Position numbers and translations under genes: made by a program. Of a DNA stretch of 51,128 nucleotides, positions 8,391 to 18,871 are shown piece after piece. The stretch is taken from contig CAYWJO010000023.1 of the NCBI GenBank assembly GCA_964458565.1, positions 1-51,128 of the forward strand, written 5' to 3'. How positions within the stretch are numbered: the stretch's first letter is position 1; every line of letters starts with the position of its first letter. A model generated the notes under the pieces. It searched no databases and was not told the DNA's origin. It worked only from the letters and a program-made list of their open reading frames with translations. The stretch comes from an uncultured archaeon. GTDB taxonomy: Archaea > Asgardarchaeota > Thorarchaeia > Thorarchaeales > Thorarchaeaceae.

Positions 8391-11300
8391 CTATTTCCTA
8401 CGTCGTACTACCGCAACAGCAACTATCGCAATGACTGCAACTCCACCACCAATCATGATTAGAATTGCAACATTGTCATCACCAGATGGGGGTTGAGGCG
8501 TGGTTGATGTGAGCTCACCTTGGCCTACTATGTAGTGCTTTGTCTGACTATCGAAGTTACCATCAAAGGTGTATACCCTGATGAAATAGTCTACAAGGAC
8601 TCCATCAGCAGCTCCAGGAATATCAGCATAGTACCAATCTCCAATATTGGACATTGTAATCTGCTGCCATTCACCGCCATCAAATCTGTACCAGAGTTCA
8701 ACATAGTTGACTGTCACTGTTCCAGCGTAGATGTTTGCACTAACCTGGACAGGTTCATCAGCCTGAGGTATATCACCAGATATTCCCAAGCCTGAGAATA
8801 GAACTGTATCTTGAGTTCCAGATGTACCACGACTTGACACGTAACCCACAAATACTGGATCTTGGAAGACTGAAAAGCCATTCCATTCAGGGAATCCAAT
8901 TGTGACATAGTACTGTGTCGAAGCGAAAGCCCATGTTGTTGCACTCACGTACTGTTGATCCTCAGTCTGAGTACGTTCTGACTGATAGGCTGTAGTGAAG
9001 GTACTATATGGGGTGATTTGACTGGACACATTGTAGTAAGGCTGTGCTGAATTAGGACTTCCCCAAGTGTAGTTATCTCTGCCAAGAATCACCTCAGCAA
9101 ATGGAGCATCTTCTAGGAGAAATTCAAAGAAGTCTGAATCGAGGATTGTTAATGGTTCATTGCTGGTTGGAGATCCTGATTCATCATAAACGCTCCAAGT
9201 GTAATCCACAATGGTGACATCAGCATAGTAATTCAGAGCAAGAGATCTATTGGTTAATTTCCTTCTTGCTACCTCATCATCATAATTTGGCAGGTCCCAA
9301 TTACCAACATAGTTGTCTATCTTGATGTCAGCATAGTTGTTGATACTTTCACCGGTTGGATCGATATGTCCTTGGAAGGTCACGTCGAATGATAACTCAT
9401 CAATAGTTGCTCTGGTTGGACGCTGATCGAAGTCTTGGAAATCAGTTCCTGTGGCAACTCCGTCGTACCAGCCCCAATAACCATATGAGCAATAGGGGAA
9501 TAGAGTCCCATTCACATCAGTGAATGCCACACCCCAAGACACCTCTTCTTCAAGGTCCAGTGTTAGACTGTCCTGTAATTCATAGTTATCGAAAGCTTCT
9601 CCAGGTGTTGTGAAAACTATGTCATCTACCGAATCGGGCATGAAGAAGTGAGTTAATTCACCACCACCAAAGTCCTCGATAGACATTTCCATAACAGAGT
9701 TGTTGTTATCGTCATTCCATAACATCAAACCACTGTATTCGTACTGCATACCAAGACCAACCCAATGTTCACCGGTCTCATTGACAAAGGTTGTCCCATA
9801 GCTCTGTGAAATTGCGAAGGTTAACCAAGTCCAGCTCTGTTCCTCTTCAATCCAATCCCAGCCTTCAGCCTGAGCTTGAGCAAGAATATCAGCCCATGAA
9901 ACGTTAACGGCCATCCAAGAAATGTCCCAGTAACCAGGTCTAGGATCATCATCCTCATTAAAGAGTGTGTCCTTGATTGTTTCTAGTTCTGCAGTCCCAA
10001 CTCTAGTGAAATCTGAGGCATGATACCAGAAGAAAGTCTGACTCCATTGTGAACTCCATGAATAAGTCTGTTGACCCATCCATGAATCGATGTTCATCTC
10101 ATCACCATACTGGGTCCGATTTGGATCCCAACTGATATGGACATATAGTCGCTCATATGACTCAGCCCAAGTGTTAGTGGATTCATAGAGTTCCCGTACG
10201 TAGTATTGGTCTTCTTCTGTTTCCAAGTTACCATCCAAGTCAAGAGCACCATTTTCAGGATTTATGGTCCATGCTTTGATACCCCACATACCCCATTCCG
10301 GTGTTCCAACATAAAGGGAATGGAAGTTCTTATAGACCACACTTTGGATAGGTGTGGGTCCATAGACCATCGCATATCCCCAAGTGTTTCGAAGACGATG
10401 GATGTTCTCTAGATGGGGAACAGCAGTCACTTCTTCACCATGGTAGGTGAAATTATAGACTGGCTGAAAACCACTACCCCACATATCAATAAAGAGTTCA
10501 TAACTCGACGTTGAGTTGAATAGGAAATAACCCCATGTATATTGGTAGTCATGATTGAACACATACGATTCACCCATGAAGTCAAAGTTGTAGTAGCTTG
10601 AATTATAATAAGCAACAACTTTGAATGAATCCTCAAGGGGAAGAGGTTGATAGTACTCTAGGTAGATGAATGAACCATCGATAGTTCTGTAATAAAATAC
10701 AGTCTCATTACCTATCATATCTGAATATGGATACTGTTGGCCAGAATAGAATGTTGTCGCATTATAGAAATATTCATAGATTAGGAAGATGTAGGTCTCA
10801 TTTACACTGAATGTTGTGCCATTAGATGCAGTCAAATATGGATTACCATCGATCCAATTAGGATATGAATCCTCAAAGACAACACTTTCGTATTCATGGA
10901 ATTGTAGATTACTATCAAAAGTCCCCACACTGGTAGCAAGCCCAACCTGATATGGATTCCAAATTGCAGTCCCATTCACTTCTGTGTATGAGTTGTACAT
11001 GGCAAGTCCAATATCATAAATTGTCCCTCCAACGTTGATGTAATAGATTCCACCAACATCAAACGAGGGATACCATTTGTTGAGATACTGAACTGATTTG
11101 ATAGTTTGAACCATTCCACCTTCGCCGTCTATGTTCGCTAGGTGATAATATTCCTGAGCATTTGCTCCAGGATAAGGCATCTCATGTTCAACACCATCGA
11201 TTTCAGCAAACCAGAACCGATTAATTTGAGTTGATAACCATGCATCGCTGCCAAGATATTCACCAACAATGTATTCCCTTGGCCAAGACACAAGTCTCAT

Positions 11301-14198
11301 AGCGCCATCGATGTAAGCATGATACTCTCCACCTGATTCAGTAATTGGATAGGAATTCAGATTGATATCTGTCATGTAGTATCGATGAGAATTATAATCC
11401 CAATACCAGAAATCCAGTAAAGGAAGTATTCCATTGGTACCATAACGTACATAATATGAATAGTCCTGGTGGTTTATCTCTGTAATATCATAGAAGACTT
11501 TCGTCACGTATGGCTCTCCATGAGTATACCAATCACCCTGATGGATAGCTCCTTCGAGGTCAATCCAATAATAGAAGGATGTTACTCCATCATACCAATA
11601 GTAGGCGAATTCTTGAGCTGTTAGAAATGATTCACCAGCAGCTGTCACATTGTAGATGTATGCAGCTTCTGAGTAGGTGACATAGATTTTGGTTCCATTT
11701 TCCAACTCATAGAAGTAGACATCACGGTCCGTTACAGAGTCCCAGTGATCATAGAAGAAGAATTCCTTCCATACATTACTAGAGTACGGATCATATCTTT
11801 CTCGAACTTTGAGCGGATACCGGTCTCCATCAATTACTATGTAAGGACGCTCTTCTCCTTTCAGATAGTCAGATCCCTCATTGGTATTCAGAACAGAATT
11901 ATAGAATGAAAGTTTTGAATGATCAATTGAATCGACATACACCTTCTCTGTTTGATAATCAAAAGAGTAGACCCACTCCCGTCCCCAACTTAGGATTTCA
12001 TGATCACCATAACCACTTGTATAGTCTTGATACCAGGTATTATTCATGAAAGCAAAATTCCACCAGTACTCAGTGTCTGGAACAGACTCATCCAAACTCA
12101 CTAAGAAGGATACGTAGAGGTCTCCATCGTCGGTCCAGTTATTGAGAGAACCAATTGTTGCGAATGACGCGGGAATACGAGTGTCAGCTGATCTATACTC
12201 AGGAGAATTTTCTTGCCACTCTTGGGTGCGTTGGTTATAGTAATACCACTGCTCGTGGAATCCCTCAACTTCAGTGAAAACCCAATCCCAGCGCTCACGC
12301 ATTTCTCCTGCTTCGGTATCAAAGTAGGTATAGCTGGTATAAACATACTCATTGTAGGTGCCATATGTGATATTCCATTTTTCCGTTCTATTGAAAGCAT
12401 CTAGTTCATAGGAACCATCCAGATTATAGACAACCTGATAATACACAGTTGACCATCGAGATTCAGTTTCAGTCCAGTAGCCATCCGATGCATCCAATGT
12501 GAATTGAACTGCGTCAATATCATTTGCAATTGATGCACCACCTTGAAGGCGGCCACGAACCATGAAATTCTCTCCTTTATCGACTGAGAATATCCAATCA
12601 TCATGTTCAGAGCCATCTTCTCTGAGAATTCTAGCAATTGTCACAGGTGTGTCAATCGCGATTTGTTTGGCAAGTTGGTACTGTGCTTCAGTTTGACGGG
12701 CGTTATCACCATATGTATCTGGATTATACCACCAATTGTCAGGACCTCTGACTTCATCATTAAACTGAAGATATGAATAAGTTTCAGTCTTTGGCATCAG
12801 ATCTGTGAAGTGACCAGCGAAATCAACAACTAGATTTCCGCCAATTGTCCGCACATTACAAAGAGGCAGATTCAACTCATAAAAGATTTGAGCATCGGTA
12901 ATAGGTTCGAAAACCGTTACTTCTTCGTCCCAAGTATCGGGAATCCAAGTTTCAAAGGGATAGGTATAGAATGAATATCCATAGAATGTGTTGAATGAAT
13001 CAGTAGTGGAATTCCAGATGAACATGAATTCCTTTTCAATCCACATTGTGTCTGTGACTACTTCATAGACGGAGCCGGTCCAGTTCAACCAGCGATGTTC
13101 TACTTCAGCCATTGAACCTGTATCTGTCCCTTGACGAGTCTTGTACGGACCGAATACATCTTTCATGTAGGTTACTTCGACCATTTCATCCCAGACATAA
13201 GTTTTGAGGGTTTCATCAAAAATCCATCCTCCATATGCAGTTACAGGTTCCATGTGCCATCCAGTTATAATTACTTCAGTATCCATCCAAGAGGGAATTC
13301 TGAAACCTAACTTGACATATTCAGGAGTGCTACCAGTTATGTTGAACCGCATGAGGAAATCTTTGTTTCGGCTTACCGAATAAAGTTCATCGCCCTCCAA
13401 GTCTAATTTCTGAAGGGTATAGCTCGAGTCCCATGTGTATTTGAAAGCGTCATCAGGACGCATTCCAACTGATAAGTAATTCGGGGTCCAATCAGTAGCG
13501 TAATTGCGGGAATCATAGTAATTCCATTCGTTATCCATAACATTAAGGTTAACCTCAAAGAGACCTAAAGGTGCGTCACTCGTGAATGAAATTACAAAAT
13601 TGACATAGTTATTAAAATCATCAGAGTTATTGAAGCACTCTGCAGAATAGATATTTACAAATGGATCCTCAGGATAAACGGGTCCTTCTCCACCCATTTC
13701 ATATTGGTATGCATACGCACTCCATTCCTGGTATCCATCATTAGGTCGCCAGCTTACATCGAAAGAGGCGTAGAAATCATCGGGCGATAGGAACCATCCA
13801 TTAAAACGAACTTCCTCAAGGTATAGACCCTTCGGGATCAAATCATTTGGAATGATTGTTGTTATCGTCAATTTCTCATTTATTTCTGCATAATGATTAT
13901 CTTTGAATTGGGTTCCATTCTCATGTGCAATTACATAAGATGGCGTTGGTCCGAACAACCAATGTGAATTATCCGAATCCCATGTTTCATTATGCTGATC
14001 ACTACTCTGCTCCCACCAAACATAAGTTCCGTTAGTAGTTTCTTGACTTGGAACTTGTTGGTTGGGTGCAGGATAAGATTTCTCCAGACCATTGGTAGCA
14101 TTCAAGGGTGCTGTTGAACCTCCATAGCTAAGAGAAATCATGAATAGCAAAACCATGATTACAGACATGGTTTTTGCAAGATTAATCGGGTTATGCAT
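8391..14198 (-). CDS. Giant (1935 aa) secreted, C-terminally anchored cell-surface glycoprotein
   Basis: N-terminal signal peptide, W/Y/D-rich beta-rich body, many NxS/T sequons, T/P linker, TM helix followed by RRRK. Confidence 0.85.
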   Translation of the reverse strand: MHNPINLAKTMSVIMVLLFMISLSYGGSTAPLNATNGLEKSYPAPNQQVPSQETTNGTYVWWEQSSDQHNETWDSDNSHWLFGPTPSYVIAHENGTQFKDNHYAEINEKLTITTIIPNDLIPKGLYLEEVRFNGWFLSPDDFYASFDVSWRPNDGYQEWSAYAYQYEMGGEGPVYPEDPFVNIYSAECFNNSDDFNNYVNFVISFTSDAPLGLFEVNLNVMDNEWNYYDSRNYATDWTPNYLSVGMRPDDAFKYTWDSSYTLQKLDLEGDELYSVSRNKDFLMRFNITGSTPEYVKLGFRIPSWMDTEVIITGWHMEPVTAYGGWIFDETLKTYVWDEMVEVTYMKDVFGPYKTRQGTDTGSMAEVEHRWLNWTGSVYEVVTDTMWIEKEFMFIWNSTTDSFNTFYGYSFYTYPFETWIPDTWDEEVTVFEPITDAQIFYELNLPLCNVRTIGGNLVVDFAGHFTDLMPKTETYSYLQFNDEVRGPDNWWYNPDTYGDNARQTEAQYQLAKQIAIDTPVTIARILREDGSEHDDWIFSVDKGENFMVRGRLQGGASIANDIDAVQFTLDASDGYWTETESRWSTVYYQVVYNLDGSYELDAFNRTEKWNITYGTYNEYVYTSYTYFDTEAGEMRERWDWVFTEVEGFHEQWYYYNQRTQEWQENSPEYRSADTRIPASFATIGSLNNWTDDGDLYVSFLVSLDESVPDTEYWWNFAFMNNTWYQDYTSGYGDHEILSWGREWVYSFDYQTEKVYVDSIDHSKLSFYNSVLNTNEGSDYLKGEERPYIVIDGDRYPLKVRERYDPYSSNVWKEFFFYDHWDSVTDRDVYFYELENGTKIYVTYSEAAYIYNVTAAGESFLTAQEFAYYWYDGVTSFYYWIDLEGAIHQGDWYTHGEPYVTKVFYDITEINHQDYSYYVRYGTNGILPLLDFWYWDYNSHRYYMTDINLNSYPITESGGEYHAYIDGAMRLVSWPREYIVGEYLGSDAWLSTQINRFWFAEIDGVEHEMPYPGANAQEYYHLANIDGEGGMVQTIKSVQYLNKWYPSFDVGGIYYINVGGTIYDIGLAMYNSYTEVNGTAIWNPYQVGLATSVGTFDSNLQFHEYESVVFEDSYPNWIDGNPYLTASNGTTFSVNETYIFLIYEYFYNATTFYSGQQYPYSDMIGNETVFYYRTIDGSFIYLEYYQPLPLEDSFKVVAYYNSSYYNFDFMGESYVFNHDYQYTWGYFLFNSTSSYELFIDMWGSGFQPVYNFTYHGEEVTAVPHLENIHRLRNTWGYAMVYGPTPIQSVVYKNFHSLYVGTPEWGMWGIKAWTINPENGALDLDGNLETEEDQYYVRELYESTNTWAESYERLYVHISWDPNRTQYGDEMNIDSWMGQQTYSWSSQWSQTFFWYHASDFTRVGTAELETIKDTLFNEDDDPRPGYWDISWMAVNVSWADILAQAQAEGWDWIEEEQSWTWLTFAISQSYGTTFVNETGEHWVGLGMQYEYSGLMLWNDDNNNSVMEMSIEDFGGGELTHFFMPDSVDDIVFTTPGEAFDNYELQDSLTLDLEEEVSWGVAFTDVNGTLFPYCSYGYWGWYDGVATGTDFQDFDQRPTRATIDELSFDVTFQGHIDPTGESINNYADIKIDNYVGNWDLPNYDDEVARRKLTNRSLALNYYADVTIVDYTWSVYDESGSPTSNEPLTILDSDFFEFLLEDAPFAEVILGRDNYTWGSPNSAQPYYNVSSQITPYSTFTTAYQSERTQTEDQQYVSATTWAFASTQYYVTIGFPEWNGFSVFQDPVFVGYVSSRGTSGTQDTVLFSGLGISGDIPQADEPVQVSANIYAGTVTVNYVELWYRFDGGEWQQITMSNIGDWYYADIPGAADGVLVDYFIRVYTFDGNFDSQTKHYIVGQGELTSTTPQPPSGDDNVAILIMIGGGVAVIAIVAVAVVRRRK

Positions 14199-14340
14199 TA
14201 TTAATTCTCCCTAGCGCTACCTCAGGACTAGGGCTGCGATTTCTCACACACAAACCATTTCGAGGTAGCGTTATACCTTACGCTAACTGAATATATTCGC
14301 AATATGGTTCGGTGTGTGGCATAGTCCATGAGGCGAATTC
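14199..14340 (-). promoter_or_regulatory. Long structured 5' leader with alternative SD-sequestering helices (riboswitch-like)
   Basis: Inverted repeats 14219-14230/14322-14334, 14245-14258/14304-14318, 14266-14271/14280-14285; competing pairs 14215-14223/14262-14270 and 14209-14214/14228-14233; SD GGGAG at 14207-14211. Confidence 0.6.
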
Positions 14341-14452
14341 AAACCTGTATATTAGAAAATTTCATAATAAGCATTTGTCGTCTGTCCCCGATGAGTGGTT
14401 GCAGGTAAGATTGAAAAGCAACGACCAGATTGAAATATCAAGGTGAACCCAC

Positions 14453-15523
14453 GTGTGTGATGTCGTTCTAAAATACACAATGAAAGATAGAACTGGCGAA
14501 ATAGAGATTGATGAAGATGTAGGAGTTTTAGACCTTACACATAAGGGAATCATCGAAATAGATCTGGCACCTATCACAAAATGTACTCATTTGGAAGGCA
14601 TTCTATTAGATCGTAATAAACTAGAAGAAATTGACCTGACACCCATCCGTGCATTGTCTAACCTGATTGAGATTGGATTGTCAAGAAACCAATTTACTGA
14701 GATCAATCTTGAGCCGCTTTCTAATGCATCAAATCTGGAAGTTCTAAATCTGGGTAATAATGAACTTCAGTCGATAGACTTGGCACCAATCAAAGGCATG
14801 ACGAACCTCAAGCGGCTAAGATTGCTCAACAATGGTTTAACTAAGATTGATATTGGAGTACTCGCGAATTGTGGAAATCTAGAGATTCTAGAAATTGAGA
14901 ACAATGGATTTACATCTATAAATCTGAAACCACTAGAAAATTGTAAAAACTTGACACAACTGAATTTAATGTACAATGAATTATCTTCAATCGATTTAAC
15001 ACCGCTTTCATCATGCTCCGATTTAACCAATCTATATTTACATCAAAACAAACTTGAAGCGATTGATTTGACACCATTATCCTCATGCATCGGTCTCAAA
15101 ATCCTGAGACTGGGAGGAAATCAACTTACCACCTTAGATTTGGAACCATTATCAACGTGTTTGAATCTCAGAAGATTGGGACTCGCACTAAACGGGTTAG
15201 AGGAAATTGATCTTACTCCACTGGGAAATACCAAGCAGCTGATAGCATTAGATATAGCTCGCAATCGATTGAAGGAAATTGACCTAACTCCACTAGGTAA
15301 GTGTAAGGAACTCGAGGAACTCTTCTTATGGAGCGAGCATGATGAAGAGATGAATGAATTCGAAGTAATTGACCTGTCCCCGCTATTTAAGTGTGAGAAT
15401 CTTGAGGATATCAGCGTTCCTAGTTCAGCACGCTTAACTGCCAAAGCAGCTCTAGAGAACAAAAAGGAGATACCTTGGGCAATTGAGGATCTCATTGATA
15501 ATGATAGAATCGACTGGGAGTAA
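14453..15523 (+). CDS. Leucine-rich repeat protein (22-aa internalin-like repeats)
   Basis: About 13 repeats of LxxLxLxxNxLxxIDLxPLxxCxx. Confidence 0.92.
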   Translation: MCDVVLKYTMKDRTGEIEIDEDVGVLDLTHKGIIEIDLAPITKCTHLEGILLDRNKLEEIDLTPIRALSNLIEIGLSRNQFTEINLEPLSNASNLEVLNLGNNELQSIDLAPIKGMTNLKRLRLLNNGLTKIDIGVLANCGNLEILEIENNGFTSINLKPLENCKNLTQLNLMYNELSSIDLTPLSSCSDLTNLYLHQNKLEAIDLTPLSSCIGLKILRLGGNQLTTLDLEPLSTCLNLRRLGLALNGLEEIDLTPLGNTKQLIALDIARNRLKEIDLTPLGKCKELEELFLWSEHDEEMNEFEVIDLSPLFKCENLEDISVPSSARLTAKAALENKKEIPWAIEDLIDNDRIDWE

Positions 15524-15588
15524 TGGGTATTTGTGAACAGTCTTAAGGAAAATAAGCTCTCACTTGCTTAACCCTGGAGGGTACATAA

Positions 15589-16065
15589 ATGGATAAAGAT
15601 GAAACACTTGCGTTCATTGATAAACAAATTGAGTTGGAGAATCGCATTATTGAGATTGTTAAAGAAAATGTTGACAAACTTGGTAATGCCTTTATCAAAG
15701 AACTATTGCTTGGAGTATCAACTGATTCTAAGAAACATGCAATGTTGCTTAAATCCCTCAAGAAGGCAGTTGAAGGACCAACACCATTCATCAGTACGGA
15801 AGAACGTGACAAAATTGCTAAAGGTATTCAAAAGCACATTGAGATGGAAGCTACAGCAATTGAAACCTATGGCGAGCTTGTCAATAAGAGCGACAATGAA
15901 CAAGTGAAAACGATTGCATCAATGATAAGAGAGGATGAAATCCGTCATCATCAATTGCTCAAGGAATTACACACGGTCATTGTTGAACCAGAAACTCTGA
16001 CTGAAGACATGATTTGGGATATGCTCTGGAAAGACTCACCATGGCATGGTAGTCCGGGTGGATAA
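15589..16065 (+). CDS. Ferritin-like (rubrerythrin-type four-helix) protein
   Basis: QIELE..DSKKH / HIEME..DEIRH duplicated motifs; GGAGG RBS. Confidence 0.8.
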   Translation: MDKDETLAFIDKQIELENRIIEIVKENVDKLGNAFIKELLLGVSTDSKKHAMLLKSLKKAVEGPTPFISTEERDKIAKGIQKHIEMEATAIETYGELVNKSDNEQVKTIASMIREDEIRHHQLLKELHTVIVEPETLTEDMIWDMLWKDSPWHGSPGG

Positions 16066-16084
16066 TTCCTATACGAAGAAATAG

Positions 16085-16120
16085 ATGTGGTTAGAATTCA
16101 CTGACCACATTCTTTTTTCT
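16085..16120 (+). terminator. Hairpin + U-tract terminator
   Basis: ATGTGGTTAG-AATTCA-CTGACCACAT followed by TCTTTTTTCT. Confidence 0.7.
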
Positions 16121-16304
16121 ACTCTGCGAACATATCTAATATGTCAAGAAAATCACTATCTAACTTTTGAATACCAACACCTGTCTTTGCAGAAATGAAA
16201 CATATTGTGACTTATGTATTTCATTTTGACACTAAGACAATGCTTATGTTCTATCCAACGAAACCTCTGTAATATCCAATATGCTGAATGGAGAATAACC
16301 CAAG

Positions 16305-18200
16305 ATGACAGTAGAGGATGTTAAGAGGACAGATTCAGGTCGCGCTTTGATGTTGTCAAATGAAGCAGTTGTTCGTGGTGCACTTGAATCTGATGTGAAG
16401 GTAGTTGCGTTCTATCCGGGATCACCAACGTCTGAGATTTTGGATACTTTTGGAGAAGTATTAGAGCACTTTGGAGATTATAAGATGGAGATTTCTGCCA
16501 ACGAAAAAGTTGCCCTTGAAACAGTTGCAGGAGCTTCAATGGCAGGTCTAAGGTCTTTCACATCGATGAAGAGTGTTGGAATGAATGTTGCAAGCGACTC
16601 AATGTTCAGCATCGCTTATACTGGACTCAATGCAGGATGTGTTTGTCTGATTGCTGACGACCCATATGCTCATTCATCACAATCAGAACAAGATGGTCGA
16701 TACTTTGGAGAAGCAGCATATGTACCAATGATAGAACCGGCTAATGCGCAGGAAGCATATGAGATGACGAAGTGGGCATTCGAACTGTCAGAGAAATATA
16801 GGACATTGGTGATGATAAGAACCACAACCCGTGTGAATCATCAACGAGGAATGGTTAAGCTTGGTGAGTTAAAACGTACTCCATTCAAGAAAAATAAATG
16901 GTCTGATGTTAAGGGACAGTATTTTACAGTAGGTGCCATTGCACGGCGACTTAAGGGAGAGTTGCTTCAAAGAACAGATAGAATCAGATTTGAGGTCGAA
17001 GAAAATCAATTTAATTTCGTAGATGATGGTGAAGGTAAAACTGGGATTATCACTGCAGGTGTATGTTATCTACATTCAAAAGAAGCAATTCAGAACCTTA
17101 ATGCTAATCTCCCCATACTGAAGATTGGCACTCTCTTTCCGTTACCTGAAAAGATGATATCAAAATTCATCGGTAAATTAGATACACTGATTGTGGTTGA
17201 AGAACTCACTCCATTCCTTGAAACAAGAATAACAGCGATAGCAAAAGATGTAAATCCCACTCTGAAAATTATTGGCAAGAAAAGCGGCGATTTCTCAGAG
17301 ATGCTTGAGTATAATGTTCAGATTGTAGAGAAAGTCATTGCAAAGACGCTAGGTAAAAAGCCATCTTATGATTATGATGGATTCTTTGAACGAGCGGAAA
17401 AACTCAAGGTTGATCTACCTGAGAGAGTACCGATATTTTGCCCAGGTTGTCCACATAGAGGAACACTATGGGCATTTCGACAAGCTCTGGATAGACTTAG
17501 GATTCGTGACAATATTGTATTCAATAATGACATAGGATGTTATAGCATGGCATTCCTGCCACCAAATGAGTTTAGCGACTCTATGCTAGCGATGGGAGCA
17601 AGTCTTGGAATTTCAGCAGGAATGAGTTTGGCTCTTGAGGACAAGATTATTGCTATGATTGGTGATAGCACAATGTATCACGCCTCGTTGCCTGGAATAG
17701 TCAATCTGATACATCATGGTTCCAATGTCACACTCTTTGTACTGGATAATTCAGTGACTGCAATGACAGGTCAACAATACAATCCGAATAGTCCATTTGA
17801 TGCAGGTGGAACCTCTGCTAAGAAGATAGACATGGAAAAACTCTTTGAAGCACTTGGAGCGGATAGCGTTACCATAATAGATCCGTATGAAACGCGGGAT
17901 TGCGTCAATCCAATTAAGGATGCAATAGAAGCAGATGGATTCAATGTCATCATATCAAGACGGGAGTGTGCTCTATACGGTGACAGATTGAAGAAGAAAC
18001 GTGGGGAGAGAATACCTCAGAGTGAAAATGTAAAAGAAACCTGTCGTGGAATCTATGCATGTGTAAAGGAGTTCTACTGCCCAGCAATCAAGGTGGACGA
18101 AGAAGATCATAAGATGACAATACAGCTCGATCTCTGCGATGGATGCTTGGAATGCAGACAGGTGTGTCCAGTTGATGCACCAAGACACATAGAGAGGTGA
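16305..18200 (+). CDS. iorA: Indolepyruvate:ferredoxin oxidoreductase alpha subunit
   Basis: YPGSPTSEI, NEKVALE, SSQSEQD, FCPGCPHR, DIGCY, GDST TPP motif, C-terminal ferredoxin. Confidence 0.95.
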   Translation: MTVEDVKRTDSGRALMLSNEAVVRGALESDVKVVAFYPGSPTSEILDTFGEVLEHFGDYKMEISANEKVALETVAGASMAGLRSFTSMKSVGMNVASDSMFSIAYTGLNAGCVCLIADDPYAHSSQSEQDGRYFGEAAYVPMIEPANAQEAYEMTKWAFELSEKYRTLVMIRTTTRVNHQRGMVKLGELKRTPFKKNKWSDVKGQYFTVGAIARRLKGELLQRTDRIRFEVEENQFNFVDDGEGKTGIITAGVCYLHSKEAIQNLNANLPILKIGTLFPLPEKMISKFIGKLDTLIVVEELTPFLETRITAIAKDVNPTLKIIGKKSGDFSEMLEYNVQIVEKVIAKTLGKKPSYDYDGFFERAEKLKVDLPERVPIFCPGCPHRGTLWAFRQALDRLRIRDNIVFNNDIGCYSMAFLPPNEFSDSMLAMGASLGISAGMSLALEDKIIAMIGDSTMYHASLPGIVNLIHHGSNVTLFVLDNSVTAMTGQQYNPNSPFDAGGTSAKKIDMEKLFEALGADSVTIIDPYETRDCVNPIKDAIEADGFNVIISRRECALYGDRLKKKRGERIPQSENVKETCRGIYACVKEFYCPAIKVDEEDHKMTIQLDLCDGCLECRQVCPVDAPRHIER

Positions 18201-18832
18201 TTATGTTGGAGAAGACGTTCAATATCCTCTTTGCTGGTGTCGGTGGACAAGGTCTCATGCTCCTCTCTGCAGTTCTAGGCAAGGCAGCTGTAGATTCAGG
18301 TCTTGATGTTATGACTGGGGAAACCCACGGTCTCGCACAGAGAAGTGGCTCAATCTATGTACACTTCAAGATTGGAAACCCAATATCGCCCCTGATTCCG
18401 TATGGAAAAGCTGACATGCTCATCGCAATGGAAGCAACTGAAGCTCTCAGGTACATCGAATATCTCAAGAACAATGGCGTTGTCATCATGAGTAAACGAG
18501 TAATGCCACCAGTTGCAGAAACCAAATCTGTCGCTCTTGATAAGGAAAAGAAGATTAAGTATGTTGCCATTGACTTTGTCGAGGAACAAATCAGACAAGT
18601 CACCAATAAGGTAATCCTTCTTGATTCGCTTGAACTTGCACTACAGGCTGGAAATGCAAGAACTGAGAACTCTGTATTGATAGGAGCGGCAGCGTCATGT
18701 CCGGACTTTCCAATTCCAGCAGAAGAGCTTCGCAAATCCGTATTAGCCCTAGTTCCACCCAAGACGGTAGAGGCCAACTCGAAGGCATTTGACCTGGGAC
18801 GTGAGTCAGGTGGAGCTTGTTTGGGTACGTAG
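18197..18832 (+). CDS. iorB: Indolepyruvate:ferredoxin oxidoreductase beta subunit
   Basis: GVGGQG, ETHGLAQRSGS; overlaps the iorA stop. Confidence 0.95.
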   Translation: MIMLEKTFNILFAGVGGQGLMLLSAVLGKAAVDSGLDVMTGETHGLAQRSGSIYVHFKIGNPISPLIPYGKADMLIAMEATEALRYIEYLKNNGVVIMSKRVMPPVAETKSVALDKEKKIKYVAIDFVEEQIRQVTNKVILLDSLELALQAGNARTENSVLIGAAASCPDFPIPAEELRKSVLALVPPKTVEANSKAFDLGRESGGACLGT

Positions 18833-18871
18833 AGGAGTCAGACTAAAACCTTAAGTGAAAAGATACGAGAG

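Noticed and set aside
14245-14275. c-di-GMP-I riboswitch resemblance on the + strand (CAAACCATTTCGA...GGTAGCG)
   Set aside because: Lacks the GNRA hairpin and GACGCAAAG core; G-U pairs favour the minus strand
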